A stretch of 64,000 bases of DNA from an uncultured Campylobacter sp. (GCF_905372745.1 NZ_CAJPQR010000003.1:16748-80747), one strand, 5' to 3'; counted from the stretch's first letter, positions 37,017 to 45,948 are shown. Notes: a model not told the origin generated them from the sequence alone. Numbers and translations are program-made.

Positions 37017-39449
37017 TTACTCTTTTATGTTATCCGGCAGCATCGGTTTGCCTAGCAAAAATCCCTGCGCGTATTTGATGCCGAATTTTTTTATCTCGGC
37101 TAGGATCTCTTCTGAGCTGACAAACTCCGCCACGACGTTGTAGCCCTGTCTTGCGGCAAAGTCAATGATGGTTTGCAGCAAGTAGCGGGCGTTTTGATCA
37201 AACGGTAATTTTTTGATAATCGAGCCGTCGATCTTGATCGTGTCGATATCAAGCTCCAAGATACGGTAGTAGTTGGAGTAGCCGCTACCGAAATCATCGA
37301 TCGAGATTTTGCAGTCGTAGGCGCGAACCTTGTTGATGAAATCATTTACGATATTATAATCGTCCACGCCTTCGCTCTCTAATATCTCAAAATACACGCG
37401 CTCAGGCTTTGAGCAGACGCGTAGCTTTTTCTCTATGAGCTCTCTTATGCTCTCGTTTGTGATATCGCTACTTGAAAGGTTCATCGAAAAGCCCACGTTT
37501 TCAAATCTCTCGACTAGCCTAAAGACGTGTTCGATGACCTTTTTGGTTATGTCGTTATAAAGCGAGATTTTCTTTGCGATATCAAGAAATTCGCCCGGAT
37601 AGCGTATCTTGCCGTTTTCGTCGATGAGGCGCACGAGCACTTCGTAGTATTTGATCCGCGCGCCTTGGCCGGATACGTCGTAGATGGGCTGGCACTCGAC
37701 GATAACGGTATCGTTATATAGGGCGCTTTCGATGGTGCGCGACATGATTTGGTTGTGATAATACTGCTGCTCGATGTAGCTATTTTCGGTATAAAACTGC
37801 GCCGCTTCGCCCCTTTGCACGGCCTCGTGGTGCGCTAGCATGGCTTGAGTTAGGCGGTTTGTCTGCACCGTGTCTTGAGGCATGCTGACGCCTAAAGTTA
37901 TTTTTATGTTAGGTATGGATTCGCGCTCGCCGTCTACGGTTACGTAGAGGTTTTGCGTTTTGAAATAATCTACGAATCGCTTAGCGTCCCTGTTTGCGTC
38001 TTCGCCGTTATACCAGATGCAAAACTCGTCAAACTGCACTCTGTAGATATCCGCGTCCATCGCGTAAGTATCTATACAAAGCTTTAGCGTAGAGGCAAAC
38101 GAGGCGATGATAAGGTCTACGGTTTTGGTCTTGTAAAAAAATCTAAAATCCATAAAATTGTTTATGTTTATGTAGATTATCATCCCGCTAGGATGGCGCT
38201 CCATGCGCTGCGTGAGCGCGAAATAGCTACCAAATCCCGTCAGCTTGTCTATGAGGGCTTCGTTTTGTAGCTGCTTGTTTTTATCTTCGAGCTCTTTTGT
38301 TATCGCTATCTCTTTGGTTCTATCAAATTTGATCGCCATATAGCCGTCTTTGTAGCCTTTTTCGTTAAAAAGCGGCGAGAAAACGACCTGTTCGCGTATT
38401 AATTTACCGCTTTTGGTTTTGCTGATTAGCTCATCAGCGCGCCAGATATTATCGTTTTCTATCGTGTCTATCATTCTTTGATAAAACTCTTGCGGATGTA
38501 AGCCCGATTTTAGTAAATTTATATTTTTGCCGCTTATTTCTTCAAATTTATAACCCGAGTTTTGCTCGAAAATTTTATTTACGTACCTGACTTGCTTATT
38601 TAGATCGGTAAAAGCGATGGAGTTAAAGCTGTTATCTACGGCTTGTTCGAAGCGATTTAGCAGTCTGATGTTGTTTCTAGCCCTAATGTACGATAGATAA
38701 ATAAACGCCGCCGTAATCCCGAAAAGTACGAACACAAAAATCGTCGTACCGCGTAAATTCGACGTTACGCGCTCTACGTAGGCATCGTTTTTGCTTCTTA
38801 GCTCGTATAGCTTTTTGCTTAGATTTAAATCTTGTATGCTAGCTAGCGTCCGGTCTGCTTCCTCGTAGCGACGCAGCAGCCTTTGCGCGCTTTGTAAAAA
38901 ATCTTTCTCGCGCTCGTTTAAATTTAGACTCTCATAGCTTTTTAGTAGCTCTTTAGCGCCGTTTATATCGGCGTTTATACCGTATCTAATCAGCAAAATT
39001 TTAGGCAGCAGTTCGCTAAAACGTGAGTTGTTTAAAGAGCTAAATTTCAGCATCGTTTCTTCAAAACTAAGCTTTGCTAGAGCGCTAAGGGAGTTAAATT
39101 TATCGATTAGCTCGCTTTTTTTATCAAACGCTTCTCGTATCTCGTTTATCGCTCCCTCGCCGATAGCTAGCCGCTCAAACGATGCCAGCTTGCCGGAGCT
39201 TAAATTTAACAAATCGTTTTTAAGACTGGCCGCATATCTCATCGTCGCATCGTAATCAGCCTGCAAAAACGTCCTTTTTAGCGCAAAGTCTATCTCGTCG
39301 TCGGAGTCCATCATGTCTTCTATCGCGCCTTTGTATTCGTAGGCTTTGATTACGTCTTTGGTGGCTTTTTGCGTCATCACCGTACCGAAAAACGCGATGC
39401 AAGCGATGATGAAAAGTAAAATTTTGTGAAAGATTATCTTGTGTTTCAT
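37017..39449 (-). CDS. Periplasmic-sensor PAS / degenerate-GGDEF / EAL protein (likely c-di-GMP phosphodiesterase)
   Basis: 810 aa. Two TM segments flank a ~200-aa periplasmic domain. The GGDEF position reads QFDEF (RVQFDEFCI). The EAL domain looks intact (YEVLVRL, DDFGSGYSN). Confidence 0.85.
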   Translation of the reverse strand: MKHKIIFHKILLFIIACIAFFGTVMTQKATKDVIKAYEYKGAIEDMMDSDDEIDFALKRTFLQADYDATMRYAASLKNDLLNLSSGKLASFERLAIGEGAINEIREAFDKKSELIDKFNSLSALAKLSFEETMLKFSSLNNSRFSELLPKILLIRYGINADINGAKELLKSYESLNLNEREKDFLQSAQRLLRRYEEADRTLASIQDLNLSKKLYELRSKNDAYVERVTSNLRGTTIFVFVLFGITAAFIYLSYIRARNNIRLLNRFEQAVDNSFNSIAFTDLNKQVRYVNKIFEQNSGYKFEEISGKNINLLKSGLHPQEFYQRMIDTIENDNIWRADELISKTKSGKLIREQVVFSPLFNEKGYKDGYMAIKFDRTKEIAITKELEDKNKQLQNEALIDKLTGFGSYFALTQRMERHPSGMIIYININNFMDFRFFYKTKTVDLIIASFASTLKLCIDTYAMDADIYRVQFDEFCIWYNGEDANRDAKRFVDYFKTQNLYVTVDGERESIPNIKITLGVSMPQDTVQTNRLTQAMLAHHEAVQRGEAAQFYTENSYIEQQYYHNQIMSRTIESALYNDTVIVECQPIYDVSGQGARIKYYEVLVRLIDENGKIRYPGEFLDIAKKISLYNDITKKVIEHVFRLVERFENVGFSMNLSSSDITNESIRELIEKKLRVCSKPERVYFEILESEGVDDYNIVNDFINKVRAYDCKISIDDFGSGYSNYYRILELDIDTIKIDGSIIKKLPFDQNARYLLQTIIDFAARQGYNVVAEFVSSEEILAEIKKFGIKYAQGFLLGKPMLPDNIKE

Positions 39450-40321
39450 TTTAAAATTTCCGGTCGTTCGCCGCTTAAAGCAAGCAAAAATTTATAAAGC
39501 AACTGCGTCTGCTCATCGCTTAACTCGTAGCCGATACGCTCTTTGGCGATAAATTTTATCGCGTCTTTTAGATCCGCTATCTCGCCGCTATAAAGATAGG
39601 GCGCGGTCTTTTCGATATTTCTTAGGCTAGGCACTTTGTAGCGAATCTGTTTGCCTTTATCGCCGGAGCTTAGCTCGTAGTAGATATTACCGCCTAGATT
39701 GACCCCGCTGTGGCAGTTTATACAGCCGATTTTTTTAAATAGCTCAAACCCGCGCTTTTCGTCGCCACTTAGCGCGTTCTCGTCGCCGCCGATAAATTTG
39801 TCGAATTTGGCGTTTGGCGTAACGAGGGCTTTTTCGAAATTTACCAGCGCGTCGGCGATGTTTTCAAAGCTTACGCCGCCCGGGTAAAGCCGCTCGAACT
39901 CTTTTTTATAAACCGCGTTTAGACCGACCTTTTCTTCTAGCTTTTTAGGCTCCTCGCCCAACTGCTCTTTGCCGGTTAGACTCTGTTTTACCTGCTCTTT
40001 GATATCTTTTACGCGGCCGTCTTTAAAAAATATAAAATTTAACGCCGAATTTAGCGCCGTAGGCGGGCTGGCTTCTTTGTCGGCGGAGATTTTTATGTTT
40101 TTTTTACTCGTGCCGCTTAGCTCCCAGTAAAGGTTGTGGCATTTCTCGCAAGATACCGTGCCGCCGGGGCTTAGAGACGCGTCAAAAAAGAGCTTTTTGC
40201 CTAGCCGCGCTTTTTCGTCGTCGTATTCAAGCGGCGCCGCCGGACTTAGCGAGGATGCGAAAATCTCGGCGCAAAAAAAGGGCAAAATGCAAAAAAATAT
40301 CAGCAAAAACGCTCGCGCCAA
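39446..40321 (-). CDS. Di-haem cytochrome c peroxidase family protein
   Basis: Signal peptide. Haem motifs CEKCH and CINCH. The stop overlaps the start of the sensor gene (ATGA). Confidence 0.85.
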   Translation of the reverse strand: MARAFLLIFFCILPFFCAEIFASSLSPAAPLEYDDEKARLGKKLFFDASLSPGGTVSCEKCHNLYWELSGTSKKNIKISADKEASPPTALNSALNFIFFKDGRVKDIKEQVKQSLTGKEQLGEEPKKLEEKVGLNAVYKKEFERLYPGGVSFENIADALVNFEKALVTPNAKFDKFIGGDENALSGDEKRGFELFKKIGCINCHSGVNLGGNIYYELSSGDKGKQIRYKVPSLRNIEKTAPYLYSGEIADLKDAIKFIAKERIGYELSDEQTQLLYKFLLALSGERPEILK

Positions 40322-40364
40322 TAAAAATCCTTTTTAAATTTTAAATAAATAAAGCGATTATATC

Positions 40365-41084
40365 TTAAAAAACCAAAAGCTTCATTGAAGAGACGATTTT
40401 TTCCGTCACGAGGCCGTCTTTCGCGATGCTTTCTAGCCGCGATCTGACCGCGTTTTCCTCGTGCGCGAAATTTGCTATCTGTAAATGCCAAAGCGCGTTT
40501 TGCGTCATCTCCTCAAGCGTGCGTTTTTGTTCGCGAGATTCTTCTAGCACGCAGGAGTTAAAGGCGATATTTTCGCGGCGCAGGTAGTCTTCAAAAAAAT
40601 TAGCCTTTTCTTTAAAGCACCCTCTCTGCGAGCCTTCGTAAAAAAGCTCCAAAACGCTTGAATAACGCGGTTTATTCCACCAAAGATAGACCCTTTTTTC
40701 GCCCAAATTTATAAATTTACTAAAATCCTCCTCATCCGCGATCGCGGGGCTCATCGTGCTAAAAGCAACGTCGTAAACGCGGTTTGGATTAAAGTTTTTA
40801 AAATCGCTTTGCACGGCGGTTAAATTTGAAATATTAAATTTAGCCGCGTCTTCGAGCATGACTTTTAGCATTTCGCCCGAGATATCCATGCCGGTTATCT
40901 CGTGGCAAATTTGCGCTAAAAGTAGCGTATGCACGCCCGTGCCGCAGCCGATATCCACGACGCTTTTGTTCTCAAATTTGACGCCGAACTCCTCAATCTT
41001 AGCGTATAGCTGCCTTTGAAAAACGCTTGGCTCGCCCGTAAATCTCGTATAGCTTGACGCCTTTTTGTCCCACATCTCTTTCAT
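40365..41084 (-). CDS. Class I SAM-dependent methyltransferase
   Basis: Motif I VVDIGCGTGVH. Confidence 0.8.
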   Translation of the reverse strand: MKEMWDKKASSYTRFTGEPSVFQRQLYAKIEEFGVKFENKSVVDIGCGTGVHTLLLAQICHEITGMDISGEMLKVMLEDAAKFNISNLTAVQSDFKNFNPNRVYDVAFSTMSPAIADEEDFSKFINLGEKRVYLWWNKPRYSSVLELFYEGSQRGCFKEKANFFEDYLRRENIAFNSCVLEESREQKRTLEEMTQNALWHLQIANFAHEENAVRSRLESIAKDGLVTEKIVSSMKLLVF

Positions 41085-41135
41085 TTTGTTTGCCTTTAAA
41101 TTTTTGCTACAATTTTAGCGTTTTTAGGAGCGAAA

Positions 41136-41531
41136 ATGAAAATTTTTTACTACGAATTTACCGTGGGCGAGGATGCTATCGACGTGAATCATCACGCAAA
41201 TAACGCTCACTACGTCATCTGGATGCAAGAAGCGGCAAACGCGCACTCAAACGCCGTGGGCGACCTCATAGAGACAAATCTCGCGCAAAACCGCACGTGG
41301 ATGGTGCGTAGGCACGAGATAGACTATCTGGGGCAGCTATTTTTGGGCGATAAGGTGCGCGTGAAAACATGGACGCAGCCCGAAAAACGAAGCTGCTCGA
41401 AGCGCTTTTACGAGTTTAGCAAGGATGGCGCGCTGGTCGCTAGCGCAGTGACGACTTACGTATTTTATGATCTCGCACGCGGTCGTCCGATCGCGATACC
41501 GCCGGAGATTGCAAAGCTTTACGAGGATTAG
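41136..41531 (+). CDS. Hotdog-fold acyl-CoA thioesterase (YbgC/4HBT-like)
   Basis: 131 aa. VNHHANNAHYVIWMQEA segment. Confidence 0.7.
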   Translation: MKIFYYEFTVGEDAIDVNHHANNAHYVIWMQEAANAHSNAVGDLIETNLAQNRTWMVRRHEIDYLGQLFLGDKVRVKTWTQPEKRSCSKRFYEFSKDGALVASAVTTYVFYDLARGRPIAIPPEIAKLYED

Positions 41532-41545
41532 TTTTAAATCACCCG

Positions 41546-41572
41546 CGTCAAATTTGATTTTTAAATTTGACG
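41546..41572. terminator. Bidirectional hairpin built from an inverted pair of AAATTT words
   Basis: cgtcaaattt-gattttt-aaatttgacg, between the convergent thioesterase and zur genes. Confidence 0.55.
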
Positions 41573-41707
41573 TAGCAACCGCTTTAAATTTAGCAGACCG
41601 CGTTTTTATAAATTTGAGGCGAAATTTGCTCGCTAAGTAGTTTTTTAAATTTAATGCCAGTAAGCAAATTTGAGTTCGGAATTTGTCGTCAAATTTAAGC
41701 GAAAATT

Positions 41708-42082
41708 TTAAAAGCAATCGTCGCAAACGCCCTTAACTACGACACTTTTGACGTGATTTTGTTTTAGGCGCGGCATGTCGATATTGGTCATCTTATGGCA
41801 GACGTCGCAGACGAAATACGCCTTTGCTCCGCTTTCAAGTTCGTAGAAATTTTTGCGGTTATTTTCGCTTTTTAGCACGATGCCCTTAGCTTCAAAAAGG
41901 TCCATACAGCGGTAAAACGTGGTTTTGTTTGCGCCTATTTGGGCTAAAATTTCATCATAACTAAGCGGCGCGGCGGCGGCGTGTAAAATGTGTAAAATCT
42001 CTAGTCTAAGCGGAGTGATTTTGATATCATTTTTCGTTAAAAGCTCCTCAAAACCCGCTTTTTCTTCCAAATTTTCGCTCAT
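41708..42082 (-). CDS. zur: Fur-family metalloregulator, probably Zur by context
   Basis: 124 aa. Winged-helix TTFYRCMDLFEAKGIV. Two CxxC pairs (CDVCH, CDDC). Divergent from znuA. Confidence 0.65.
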   Translation of the reverse strand: MSENLEEKAGFEELLTKNDIKITPLRLEILHILHAAAAPLSYDEILAQIGANKTTFYRCMDLFEAKGIVLKSENNRKNFYELESGAKAYFVCDVCHKMTNIDMPRLKQNHVKSVVVKGVCDDCF

Positions 42083-42137
42083 ATTTTTCCTCCGCGTTAA
42101 GAATTTTAGGGTATTATACCTTGAGAAAAATTAATTT

Positions 42138-42150
42138 GCAACTAAGTTGC
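42138..42150. promoter_or_regulatory. Perfect 6-1-6 palindrome abutting a TATAAT in the zur/znuA divergent region (candidate Zur operator)
   Basis: GCAACTaAGTTGC at 42138-42150. tataat at 42157-42162. Confidence 0.4.
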
Positions 42151-42194
42151 TTTTGATATAATTTCGCCCAAATTTTAACACGGAAAGGATAAAA

Positions 42195-43106
42195 ATGAGA
42201 AAAATTTTCGCGTTTTTATGTTTGGGTTTAGTAGCGCTATACGCCAAAGGGCAAGTTAGCGTCAGTATTTTGCCGCAGGAGTATTTCGTCAAGCAAATCG
42301 CGGGCGACGCGGTCGAGGTAAACGTGATGGTAGGCAAAGGAGCCGACCCGCACACGTACGAACCAAAACCGAAACAAATGACCGCGCTTGAAAAAAGCGA
42401 TCTATACTTTGCTATCGGGATCGAGTTTGAAGATGCTTGGTTGCCGAAATTTCAAAAATCTTATCCAAACCTTAAAATCGTAAAAACCGATGAGGGCGTG
42501 GAAAAGATCAAATTTGAAGGTCATCACGAGCACGCAGATCACGATCATCACCATGACGCCAAGCATGAGCATAAAAACGAACACGCAGATCACGATCACC
42601 ACGATCACGAGCATAACCACGGCGAATTTGACCCGCACATCTGGCTAGATCCCGTCTTGGTAAAGATCCAAGCTAAAAATATCGCCGCCGCGCTAAGCGA
42701 AAAATATCCCGAGAACAAGGCGCTTTTCGAGGCGAATTTGGCTAAATTTGAAGCACAGCTTGACGAGCTTGACGGCTTTATCAAAAGCACTCTAGCAAAC
42801 GTCAAAAACCGCGAATTTATCGTCTATCACCCGTCTTGGGGCTACTTCGCTAAACGCTACGATCTAGAGCAAATCGCAATCGAAGTAGATGGCAAAGAAC
42901 CAAAACCGGCCGAGCTAAAAGAGCTCATCGAGGAGGCTAAAGAGCACGGCGTGAAGGTCATTTTCGTCGCTCCGCAGTTTTCTAAAAAAGCCGCGCAAAC
43001 CGTCGCCAAAGAAAGCGGCGCAAGCGTCGTAGAGATCGATCAACTGCCGCTTGATTGGGACGCCGAGCTACGCAAAACGGCGCAAATTTTCGCAAAGAGC
43101 CTATAA
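42195..43106 (+). CDS. znuA: Zinc ABC transporter periplasmic binding protein with His-rich loop
   Basis: Signal peptide. DPHTYEP and DPHIWLDP motifs. Loop EGHHEHADHDHHHDAKHEHKNEHADHDHHDHEHNHGE. Confidence 0.9.
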   Translation: MRKIFAFLCLGLVALYAKGQVSVSILPQEYFVKQIAGDAVEVNVMVGKGADPHTYEPKPKQMTALEKSDLYFAIGIEFEDAWLPKFQKSYPNLKIVKTDEGVEKIKFEGHHEHADHDHHHDAKHEHKNEHADHDHHDHEHNHGEFDPHIWLDPVLVKIQAKNIAAALSEKYPENKALFEANLAKFEAQLDELDGFIKSTLANVKNREFIVYHPSWGYFAKRYDLEQIAIEVDGKEPKPAELKELIEEAKEHGVKVIFVAPQFSKKAAQTVAKESGASVVEIDQLPLDWDAELRKTAQIFAKSL

Positions 43107-44672
43107 ATGAAATTCGGACGCATACTCGCTATTTTCGCGCTTTTTGCGTCCTTTTTTAGCTTCGCGCACGCCTGCGCGCTATGCGCGCTTTACACTCCGA
43201 CCGCACACGCCGACATTAAATTTAACCTGCAAGGCGAGACGATAAAAACGGCCGCCGTAACCTGGACATTTTCTGAAAATTTCACCGAACTCACGCTACA
43301 AAGCTACGACGAAAACGCCGATAAGGCGCTTAGCAAAAACGAAGCATGGAAGGTGCAAAAATCCCTACTCGACTACATCGTGCCGCGCGGCTACCTAACT
43401 AGCGTGGGCTACTACGACGGCGCGGGCGAGACCGTAAATTTGCATACCAAAACGCTCTCGCAACGCGTCTATCTGGAGGGCGGCAGGCTAAATTTCGAGT
43501 ATATTTTAGAGCTAAATTTAGCGGTCAAAGACGGCCGCGTCGTCACGGTCGAGATTTTTGACCGCGAGGGATTTTTTAACTTTAAAATAAGCTCGCCAGA
43601 CCCCTACGCTCTCACCGATAAAATTTATCTCGTACCAAACGTAAATTTGAGCGCGGCATTTTTTGAAATGACTTCAAAAGCGCCCAAAATAGAGCCCGCA
43701 AAGCCCGAACTTAGCTCGCTAGTTAAAGCACAAAATAAGCAGAATTTAGAGCAAATCGACGCCGAGGATAGGGCTAAATTTGACTCGGTTTCCGGCATGA
43801 GCCTTCAGTTTTTAGAGCGCTTAAAAGAGCTCATCAAGATAAATAGCGCCGAACTAAACGCGCTAAATTTCGCCCTGCTGGCTGCGGTTAGCTTCTTTTA
43901 CGGCTTTTTGCATGCCGCCGGCCCCGGGCATGCTAAGATGCTGACGGCTAGCTACTTCGTCGCAAACGGCGGCAGCTACTCGCGCGCGCTGGCTTTTGCG
44001 ATGAAGGTCGGCTTCGCACACGTGGCGGGGGCGTTTTTGCTCGTGCTTTTTAGCTACGTTTTTTTAAACGCGTTTTTGACGGACAAGGTCAGCGACATAG
44101 CGGGCGCGATGACGAAAATATCGGCCGTAGCGATCGTTTGCGTGAGCCTTTATATGATCTACGCCAAGCTTAAAAAAACGGCGCTAAAGCCTAAATTTAG
44201 CTTTGCTATCGCGTCCGTTTCTGGCGAAAAAGGCGCAAATGGGGCGAGTAAAGTTTTTGGTTCAAATTTAGCCTCCGCGTCAAATTTGAGCGCAAATTCC
44301 GTCAAATTTGATCCCGCCGCTCACGAAAGCGAGTGCGGCTGCGCGGCTTGCATGGCCTCTAACGAAGTGCCGAAAACCGCTAGCGAGTGGCTCGTGGTGC
44401 TAGCAGGATCGCTCGTGCCGTGTCCTGGCACGCTGCTGGTTTTCGTGCTGGCATTTAGCCTAAACAGCTATGCGGCGGGGCTTGCTAGCGGCCTGTTTAT
44501 GGGGCTTGGCATGGGCGCGGTGATATTTCTAGCCGCCGTTTGCGGCTTTAAGCTAAAGGGCGCGGTAAGATTTCGCGCGCTGCGGACTTGCTGCGAGTTT
44601 GCCGCGCTTTTTGTGATGCTGGGGCTCGGCGTTTTTATGTTTTATATTTCGGGTAAGGTGAGCGTTTTATGA
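43107..44672 (+). CDS. Fusion of a periplasmic DUF1007 domain with a NicO/RcnA-like (COG2215) metal permease
   Basis: 521 aa. The N-terminal ~200 aa are DUF1007-like (TWTFSENFTELTLQSYDENADKALSKNEA). The C-terminal 6-TM domain has GFLHAAGPGHAKM. It carries the internal low-complexity loop SKVFGSNLASASNLSANSVKFDPAAHESECGCAAC. Confidence 0.75.
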   Translation: MKFGRILAIFALFASFFSFAHACALCALYTPTAHADIKFNLQGETIKTAAVTWTFSENFTELTLQSYDENADKALSKNEAWKVQKSLLDYIVPRGYLTSVGYYDGAGETVNLHTKTLSQRVYLEGGRLNFEYILELNLAVKDGRVVTVEIFDREGFFNFKISSPDPYALTDKIYLVPNVNLSAAFFEMTSKAPKIEPAKPELSSLVKAQNKQNLEQIDAEDRAKFDSVSGMSLQFLERLKELIKINSAELNALNFALLAAVSFFYGFLHAAGPGHAKMLTASYFVANGGSYSRALAFAMKVGFAHVAGAFLLVLFSYVFLNAFLTDKVSDIAGAMTKISAVAIVCVSLYMIYAKLKKTALKPKFSFAIASVSGEKGANGASKVFGSNLASASNLSANSVKFDPAAHESECGCAACMASNEVPKTASEWLVVLAGSLVPCPGTLLVFVLAFSLNSYAAGLASGLFMGLGMGAVIFLAAVCGFKLKGAVRFRALRTCCEFAALFVMLGLGVFMFYISGKVSVL

Positions 44673-45424
44673 GCGACGTTTCGGTGCGAAATTTGAGCTT
44701 TGGTTACGATGAAAACCTCGTGTTTGAGGGCATAAATTTAGAATACGATTGCAAGGATTTTCTAGCCGTCATAGGCCCCAACGGCGGCGGCAAAAGCACG
44801 CTTTTAAAGCTGATGCTGGGTCTAAACAAGCCAAGCGGCGGGACGATTGAGGTGTTTGGTCAGGAGCCCGCTAGCGTGAGCAAGGCCGTGGGCTACGTCC
44901 CGCAAAATATCCCGATAAATCAAAGCTTCCCGATGCGCGTGCTCGAGGTCGTTTTAATGGGGCGGATAGATAAAAAGCTGTTTGGATTTTACGGCAAGGA
45001 CGATAAGATAGAGGCCGAGGCGGCGCTCGAGCGCGTCGGGATGGGCGAATTTACGCGACGAAAGATCGGCGAGCTAAGCGGAGGACAGCGCCAACGCGTC
45101 TATATCGCGCGCGCGCTTTGCGCGAAGGCTAAAATTTTGATGTTAGACGAACCCACCGCCAGTATCGACACGAAGGGCCAAGCGGACGTTTATAAGCTGC
45201 TAAAACAGATCAATGCTGAAGGCACTGGCGTCGTGCTTATCAGCCACGACGTAAATTTGACGCTAAATTTCGCCACCAAGGTCGCCTACGTCAATCACGA
45301 TCTTTTCATGCACGAGATCTCGAACAGCTCAAAGCAGGATTTTATCGAGCATTTGGCGAGAGATCATAGGCATTTTTGCGATGTGGAGGTGGCGCTTAAG
45401 GAATGCGGCTGCGGACATCGTTAG
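44669..45424 (+). CDS. znuC: Zinc ABC transporter ATP-binding protein
   Basis: Walker A GPNGGGKST. Signature LSGGQRQRVYIARAL. Walker B LMLDEPTASID. C-terminal His/Cys tail. Confidence 0.9.
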   Translation: MSDVSVRNLSFGYDENLVFEGINLEYDCKDFLAVIGPNGGGKSTLLKLMLGLNKPSGGTIEVFGQEPASVSKAVGYVPQNIPINQSFPMRVLEVVLMGRIDKKLFGFYGKDDKIEAEAALERVGMGEFTRRKIGELSGGQRQRVYIARALCAKAKILMLDEPTASIDTKGQADVYKLLKQINAEGTGVVLISHDVNLTLNFATKVAYVNHDLFMHEISNSSKQDFIEHLARDHRHFCDVEVALKECGCGHR

Positions 45425-45526
45425 GGGGATTTGCGGCTCGTCTCGCGAGTGCTTTTCCGAGATTTCGCAAAATTTTCGCTCCGCAGGCTATATGCCTAGC
45501 GCACGCTCAATTTTGCTTCAAAGCTC

Positions 45527-45636
45527 GAAAAATCATCTCGCGATACTTCGCCTTATCGTTTTACGTTCAAATTTGAAGTCAAATTTTCAAATCTGAGTTG
45601 CCAAGACATGCACCTTGAAAATGTAAATTCAAATTT
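45527..45636 (+). repeat. Dispersed intergenic repeat, copy B (znuC-znuB spacer)
   Basis: gaaaaatcatctcgcgatacttcgccttatcgttttacgttcaaatttgaagtcaaattttcaaatctgagttgccaagacatgcaccttgaaaatgtaaattcaaattt matches copy A (4756-4846). Its 5' part matches copy C (25338-). Confidence 0.75.
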
Positions 45637-45734
45637 GCGACGCTTTGCGTCAGCAAAGCTATGTCGCCACCCTTAACTTCGCTTCGCTCGTTACGAGGCG
45701 GCAACAAGTTGCCTCTACGAAGAAAAGCGTCGTA

Positions 45735-45794
45735 GGGGGAGGGGGATTAAAGGGGGTGGGGAGCGACTTCGCCATTCAAGCCCCCACCCCCTTT
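45735..45794. other. G-quadruplex-type tract plus a perfect 13-bp G/C-run hairpin
   Basis: GGGGGaGGGGGattaaaGGGGGtGGGG lies at 45735-45761. aaagggggtgggg (45749-45761) pairs with ccccacccccttt (45782-45794). Confidence 0.7.
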
Positions 45795-45802
45795 ACAACA
45801 AA

Positions 45803-45834
45803 GTAAAAAACAACCTCAAACGGTTGTTTTTTAC
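45803..45834. terminator. Perfect 13-bp bidirectional terminator-like hairpin inside the znu cluster
   Basis: gtaaaaaacaacc-tcaaac-ggttgttttttac. The A-run and T-run make it terminator-like on both strands. Confidence 0.6.
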
Positions 45835-45874
45835 TCAGAGAAGTTTAGCTTGTAAAGCAAAATTTAACCAAACC

Positions 45875-45905
45875 AAATTTAGCATTTTCGCGGTGCGGGT
45901 CTCGG
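45875..45905 (-). repeat. Inverted partial copy of the repeat's 3' module
   Basis: The reverse complement ccgagacccgcaccgcgaaaatgctaaattt matches 4814-4846 (ccgagacccgcaccttgaaaatgctaaaattt). Confidence 0.7.
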
Positions 45906-45948
45906 CGAGTAACGCCAAAAATGCCGAAAAAAGTAAAAAAGGAAACAA

